A stretch of 36,030 nucleotides of DNA, taken from contig JAUCBJ010002044.1 of NCBI GenBank assembly GCA_032718475.1, forward strand, positions 1 to 36,030, given 5' to 3'. Within the stretch, counting starts at the first letter, position 1; each line of letters opens with the position of its first letter. Source of the stretch: Nemertoderma westbladi (lineage: Eukaryota > Animalia > Xenacoelomorpha). The notes under the pieces were generated by a model. That model saw only the letters and a list, made by a program, of their open reading frames with translations, was not told the DNA's origin and did not search any database. Made by a program: the position numbers and the translations under genes. Positions 29,868-36,030 of the stretch are shown in pieces.

Positions 29868-32800
29868 GATAGGAATTCGTACACAGAGAGGGTATGGAAG
29901 CTCAGAGAGGAGTTGGTACACATAGATGGTACGGAGGCCAGAGGAATTCGGACACAGAGAGGGTATGGAAGCTCAGAGAGGAGTTGGTACACAGAGATGG
30001 TACGGAGGCCAGATAGGAATTCGTACAAAGAGAGGGTATGGAAGGTCAGAGAGGAGTTGGTACACAGAGAGGGTATGGAGGCCATATAGGAATTCGTACA
30101 CAGAGAGGGTATGGAAGCTGAGAGAGGAGTTGGTACACGGAGATGGTACGGAGGCCAGATAGGAATTCATACAAAGAGAGGGTATGGAAACTTAGAGAGG
30201 AGTTGGTACACAGAGATGGTACGGAGGCCAGAGAGGAGTTGGTACACAGAGATGGTACGGAGGCCAGATAGGAATTCGTACAAAGAGAGGGTATGGAAGC
30301 TCAGAGAGGAGTTGGTACACAGAGATAGTACAGAGGACAGATAGGAATTCGTACAAAGAGAGGGTATGGAAGCTCAGAGAGGAATTGGTACACAGAGATG
30401 GTACGGAGGACAGATAGGAATTCGTACAAAGAGAGGGTATGGAAGCTCAGAGAGGAGTTGGTACACAGAGATGGTACGGAGGCCAGATAGGAATTCGTAC
30501 AAAGAGAGGGTATGGAAGCTCAGAGAGGAGTTGGTACACAGAGATAGTACGGAGGCCAGATAGGAATTCGTACAAAGAGAGGGTATGGAAGCTCAGATAG
30601 GAGTTGGTACACAGAGATGGTACGGAGGCCAGATAGGAATTCGTACAAAGAGAGGGTATGGAAGCTCAGAGAGGAATTGGTACACAGAGATGGTACGGAG
30701 GACAGATAGGAATTCGTACACAGAGAGGGTATGGAAGCTCAGAGAGGAGTTGGTACACATAGATGGTATGGAGGCCATATAGGAATTCGTACACAGAGAG
30801 GGTATGGAAGCTGAGAGAGGAGTTGGTACACGGAGATGGTACGGAGGCCAGATAGGAATTCATACAAAGAGAGGGTATGGAAGCTTAGAGAGGAGTTGGT
30901 ACACAGAGATGGTACGGAGGCCAGAGAGGAGTTGGTACACAGAGATGGGACGGAGGCCAGATAGGAATTCGTACAAAGAGAGGGTATGGAAGCTTAGAGA
31001 GGAGTTGGTACACAGAGATGGTACGGAGGCCAGAGAGGAGTTGGTACACAGAGATGGTACGGAGGCCAGATAGGAATTCATACAAAGAGAGGGTATGGAA
31101 GCTTAGAGAGGAGTTGGTACACAGAGATGGTACGGAGGCCAGAGAGGAGTTTGTACACAGAGATGGTATGGAGGCCAGATAGGAATTCATACAAAGAGAG
31201 GGTATGGAAGCTTAGAGAGGAGTTGGTACACAGAGATGGTACGGAGGCCAGAGAGGAGTTGGTACACAGAGATGGTATGGAGGCCATATAGGAATTCATA
31301 CACAGAGAGGGTATGGAAGCTGAGAGAGGAGTTGGTACACGGAGATGGTACGGAGGCCAGATAGGAATTCATACAAAGAGAGGGTATGGAAGCTTAGAGA
31401 GGAGTTGGTACACAGAGATGGTACGGAGGCCAGAGAGGAGTTGGTACACAGAGATGGTACGGAGGCCAGATAGGAATTCGTACAAAGAGAGGGTATGGAA
31501 GCTCAGAGAGGAGTTGGTACACAGAGATAGTACGGAGGACAGATAGGAATTCGTACAAAGAGAGGGTATGGAAGCTCAGAGAGGAATTGGTACACAGAGA
31601 TGGTACGGAGGCCAGAGAGGAGTTGGTACACAGAGATGGTACGGAGGCCAGATAGGAATTCGTACGAAGAGAGGGTATGGAAGCTCAGAGAGGAGTTGGT
31701 ACACAGAGATAGTACGGAGGACAGATAGGAATTCGTACAAAGAGAGGGTATGGAAGCTCAGAGAGGAATTGGTACACAGAGAGGGTACGGAGGCCAGAGA
31801 GGAGTTGGTACACAGAGATGGTACGGAGGCCAGATAGGAATTCGTACAAAGAGAGGGTATGGAAGCTCAGAGAGGAGTTGGTACACAGAGATAGTACGGA
31901 GGACAGATAGGAATTCGTACAAAGAGAGGGTATGGAAGCTCAGAGAGGAGTTGGTACACAGAGATGGTACGGAGGCCAGATAGGAATTCGTACAAAGAGA
32001 GGGTATGGAAGCTCAGAGAGGAGTTGGTACACATAGATGGTACGGAGGCCAGATAGGAATTCGTACAAAGAGAGGGTATCGAAGCTCAGAGAGGAGTTGG
32101 TACACAGAGATAGTACGGAGGACAGATAGGAATTCGTACAAAGAGAGGGTATGGAAGCTCAGAGAGGAGTTGGTACATAGAGATAGTACGGAGGACAGAT
32201 AGGAATTCGTACACAGAGAGGGTATGGAAGCTCAGAGAGGAGTTGGTACACATAGATGGTACGGAGGCCAGATAGGAATTCGTACACAGAGAGGGTATGG
32301 AAGCTCAGAGAGGAGTTGGTACACAAAACGGGTTATGGAAGCTCAGAGAGGAGTTGGTACACAAATAGGGTACGGAGTCCAGATAGGAATTCGTACACAG
32401 AGAGGGTATGGAAGCTGAGAGAGGAGTTGGTACACGGAGATGTTACGGAGGCCAGATAGGAATTCATACAAAGAGAGGGTATGGAAGCTCAGAGTGGAGT
32501 TGGTACACAGAGAGGGTATGGAAGCTCAGAGAGGAGTTGGTACACAGAGATGGTACGGAGGCCAGAGAGGAGTTGGTACACAGAGATGGTACGGAGGCCA
32601 GATAGGAATTCGTACACAGAGAGGGTATGGAAGCTGAGAGAGGAGTTGGTACACGGAGATGGTACCGAGGCCAGATAGGAATTCATACAAAGAGAGGGTA
32701 TCGAAGCTCAGAGTGGAGTTGGTACACAGAGAGGGTATGGAAGCTCAGAGAGGAGTTGGTACACAGAGATGGTACGGAGGCCAGAGAGGAGTTGGTACAC

Positions 32801-32893
32801 AGAGATGGTACGGAGGCCAGATAGGAATTCGTACAAAGAGAGGGTATGGAAGCTCACAGAGGAGTTGGTACGCAGAGATAGTTCAGAGGCCAG
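29868..32893 (+). repeat. 3-kb satellite of two related subunits (37-bp A, 36-bp B) in AB, ABB and variant orders; basic 73-bp dimer
   Basis: A = GATAGGAATTCGTACAAAGAGAGGGTATGGAAGCTCA; B = GAGAGGAGTTGGTACACAGAGATGGTACGGAGGCCA. Each A unit has an EcoRI site. Confidence 0.97.
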
Positions 32894-33736
32894 TACTTTA
32901 ACAATAATACTGTAGTTAGTTCTAAGTGTAGTTAGACCTACTGGGGTTTTACCCCAGTAAACATATGACAAATCTGCTTTAAGAACAAACTTACATTGTC
33001 TCTTTCAACTAATTTGTTGGAGTCCTCGTTGTTGTCTCCATTGCACTCCACAGCTAAATAAGCTGCCAGAGCTAAGAGTAGGAGAGTTGCCTTTGACATT
33101 TTAGAATTGTGATAAAAAAAATTTTACACAAACGAAAATAAAATCTTCTGTGAATGACTTTAATGACACAAACATACCCTATATAACTCAAGGAGTACAG
33201 ACCTACAAATACATAGATACTGTCTGCTGTATGCTTAGTAGAAGCAAAGTAGCTCAATGTTAATAAAGGGATCAGTTTATATGAATAAATAATTGTTTTT
33301 TTATGAAATAGAGTAACGGACTGATAGACCAACACAAACTCTCCTAATAAAAAAGTGCCTTGGATACCAGCCGTTGCATAATCTATATTGGTTTAGGTAA
33401 ACTAACAAAGAGGAAAGGAATTATATTAATAAATATTTTAAATTCCAACTTGTTGTCGTAATAGTACCTGACTAACGACACTACTCTGAAAGCGTGATTG
33501 GTTGAATTATCCAATGTCATGCCCCCTAACCAATAAGTTTAATAACAATCGTTGCCTTCTGGTTGCGCCCTGATGTTCAGTTTGGGTTCATTATGTACTG
33601 TTATACGGTCAATAAACTATCTATCTATCTATCTGGGGACAGTTTGGCAACTGTGCCAATGTGGCTGAAGGGTTCCACAACGGACTAAACAGTCACTCAG
33701 GACACAGTCTAAACAGGACTCATTGCACCCGAGTGG

Positions 33737-34016
33737 GAAAGCACTTTTACAGTGTGAAAGCACTGTTACTGTGCGAAAGCACTGTTACAGTGTGAAAGCA
33801 CTGTTACATTGTGAAAGCACTGTTACAGTGTGAAAGCACTGTAACAGTGTGAAAGCACTGTTACAGTGTGAAAGCACTGTTACAGTGTGAAAGCACTGTT
33901 ACAGTGTGAAAGCACTGTTACAGTGTGAAAGCACTGTTACAGTGTGAAAGCACTGTTACAGTGTGAAAGCACTGTTACAGTGTGAAAGCACTGTTACAGT
34001 GTGAAAGCACTGTTAC
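33737..34016 (+). repeat. 19-bp tandem repeat GAAAGCACTGTTACAGTGT, about 14.5 copies
   Basis: Read directly. Each unit contains the inverted repeat CACTGT-T-ACAGTG. Confidence 0.97.
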
Positions 34017-34299
34017 TGATATGGCCCAGGTTAACGATTTCGTGACAGTAACAAATGCTGTTGTTACCTTCACTAGTTTAACTACAGTATATATCCAATC
34101 TGGTAGAGGTAGGAATTCTACCCCAAGATCTGAAAATAACTGCCATTAAAATTATTAATATTTCGCTATACTATATTATTCCTTATTACTACTACTAATA
34201 TATTATACTAATTTTTATTGCCTAACCCTAACTAACTAACCTATAGTTATCATTGTATTTTATAATATACTATTATTCTATTTACATTCAAATATTTCG

Positions 34300-34389
34300 G
34301 GTCTTTCGAAGTGTTGACTGGTCTTTCGAAGTGTTGACAATTTCGAAGTGTTGACAATTTCGAAGTGTTGACAATTTCGAAGTGTTCAC
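34300..34389 (+). repeat. 17/20-bp tandem repeat of TTTCGAAGTGTTGAC, 5 copies
   Basis: Read directly; preceded by CCTAACCCTAACTAAC near 34221. Confidence 0.9.
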
Positions 34390-36030
34390 TATACAGTATA
34401 CCAGGATATACTTGGAGTTAACGTTTTCATACAACTCCCAAATGAATTGGGTTTGAACCGCGATTTAGGCTCCCCATTATTGGTTGATTTATTGCGAGGC
34501 TGTTTTTACCAATGTCCTATAAATAGAAAATAGCGCCGAAATACACATTTGGGTGTCGATTCGGCTCACCCGCTGTTTTTTTATAATCGTTCAATGACAT
34601 TCTACGAAATTTGGACTGCAGGTAAAGGAATTATGTGTCGAATTATGTGATGTCTGCATATAGGGTAATGACTAATATACATTGTGGTGTGGAGTTGAGT
34701 TGATATGAATCTATCGAGAGGAGTTTACAGAACCCAAGTTATATTGAAAAAATGATGTTTATTATATATTTTAAAAGATATTGAAATTTAGAGGCATCAT
34801 GCTTATAAATAAAATTTAGTTATATAGGCGAAATGTACAAAGATATCAGAACAGGCGCTAACATACATGAGTCTGGGTTGGGCTAGGCTGTCTAGTCTAG
34901 CATTCAAAGCACTGTGACCAAACAGTGCTGCCCCATCTAGAGATCGAACAATTTAGACCTGATACTTAACCGGAAACCCAGGAATGTCACCTCTAGACAA
35001 ATCTGCTCTATCCAAAATAAACATAAAGACACTTTTTAGCCTTTGGGAGATATATTTATTTACGTTTCTTTCATCATCATCTTATCATTACCATCAACAT
35101 TTAGCTCATTTATCACACATCTAGCCATACAGTCTGACAGTAGGGCCTACCTACTGCACTGTATGTATACACTGTATACAGCATTGGGGGTCTCATTTGT
35201 TTCCTAAGCTTCTTTCACGTGCAAATTGTTTTCGCCATGAGGAACAGTCTGTGACTCTGAGAGATAAATGTCTGCGACATGACGCCGGCAATATAATACA
35301 CAATTATATTGCCACGTTGCAGCTACATTTCGAGCGCTGCTGTATGGAAAATTTCTTGCAGCTGCTGCTCTGATTGCAGCTCTGTATCCCACGTGTAATG
35401 TGACTGACTGTCCAACAGCTAGGACTGTAGATGTAGAACCAAACATGATCGGACTTTTCTGACGCCCCGACGCGGAGGTACACTAACTACGTACAGTAAA
35501 TATAGGATATCCTTAATTTGGATTCTTTCTACTATACTATTCTACTATATTGGTAATATATTGGATATAGTTTAGTCCTGCAGTTATTATAATGTTTATT
35601 TGTAGGTACAGTAGGTTTCATTTTTGATAGAAGGAAGCCTTCTCATTTGTTTATACTGTATTATTTTTATATTTCGCCAGTCAGTTAGGTTGTACTGTAT
35701 CCATCTTGTTCATATATAATTCTTGAGCAGTCCTTGAATTAGCCTATAGTTGCCTAGTTGCTTCCATTTCTCCGGTTCTGGGAGTTTCTACTGGGTATCA
35801 TTATTCTATCATCTGGGGTGTCTGTACGGTCTTTGGGTTGCTTTTTACTGCTGTATTCATACCATTATATAATAACATATTGTATTACAGTATTAGACTG
35901 TGCAATACAGCCATTATAGGCCATTGGGTTACATCCATCTACTATCTATCTGATTTCTTTTATTTCTGTATTTCAGTAGGCCTACCTATTCTTTTGCATT
36001 TCCAGTAATATTGGTCAATTGGTGCAATGC

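Noticed and set aside
29664-32971. Proline-rich and repeated short ORFs
   Set aside because: They derive from the G-tract and the 36/37-bp satellite; the 73-bp period is not a multiple of three.
34221-34240. Telomeric or interstitial telomeric tract
   Set aside because: Fewer than two full TAACCC units.

Overview
AT-rich, repeat-dominated eukaryotic DNA, most likely from an invertebrate animal (inferred from the fibrinogen-domain gene, Meta-domain SINE fragment and TE spectrum; the species cannot be named). Two host genes are supportable: an intronless SLC18B1-like MFS transporter (9667-10968, minus) and the C-terminal exon of a fibrinogen-related protein (about 28810-29424, minus). The rest is mobile DNA and tandem repeats: three copies of one RTE-clade LINE, two decayed LINE fragments of other families, a THAP-domain (P-element-like) relic, a Bel/Pao gag-protease relic, SINE and MITE fragments, a hammerhead-ribozyme-like core and at least eight tandem arrays, most with palindromic units. 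The clearest notable structure is a CRE-clade non-LTR retrotransposon with a restriction-like endonuclease (11650-15217, minus). It sits inside a 41-bp tandem repeat with a TATAAAT target-site duplication and a short poly(A) tail, so it is a candidate satellite-targeting retroelement. A second notable structure is a self-complementary 22/24-bp satellite organised as a foldback-like element (1-1099). No prokaryotic system or CRISPR array is supported. Most ORFs in the supplied track are by-products of tandem repeats or antisense frames.
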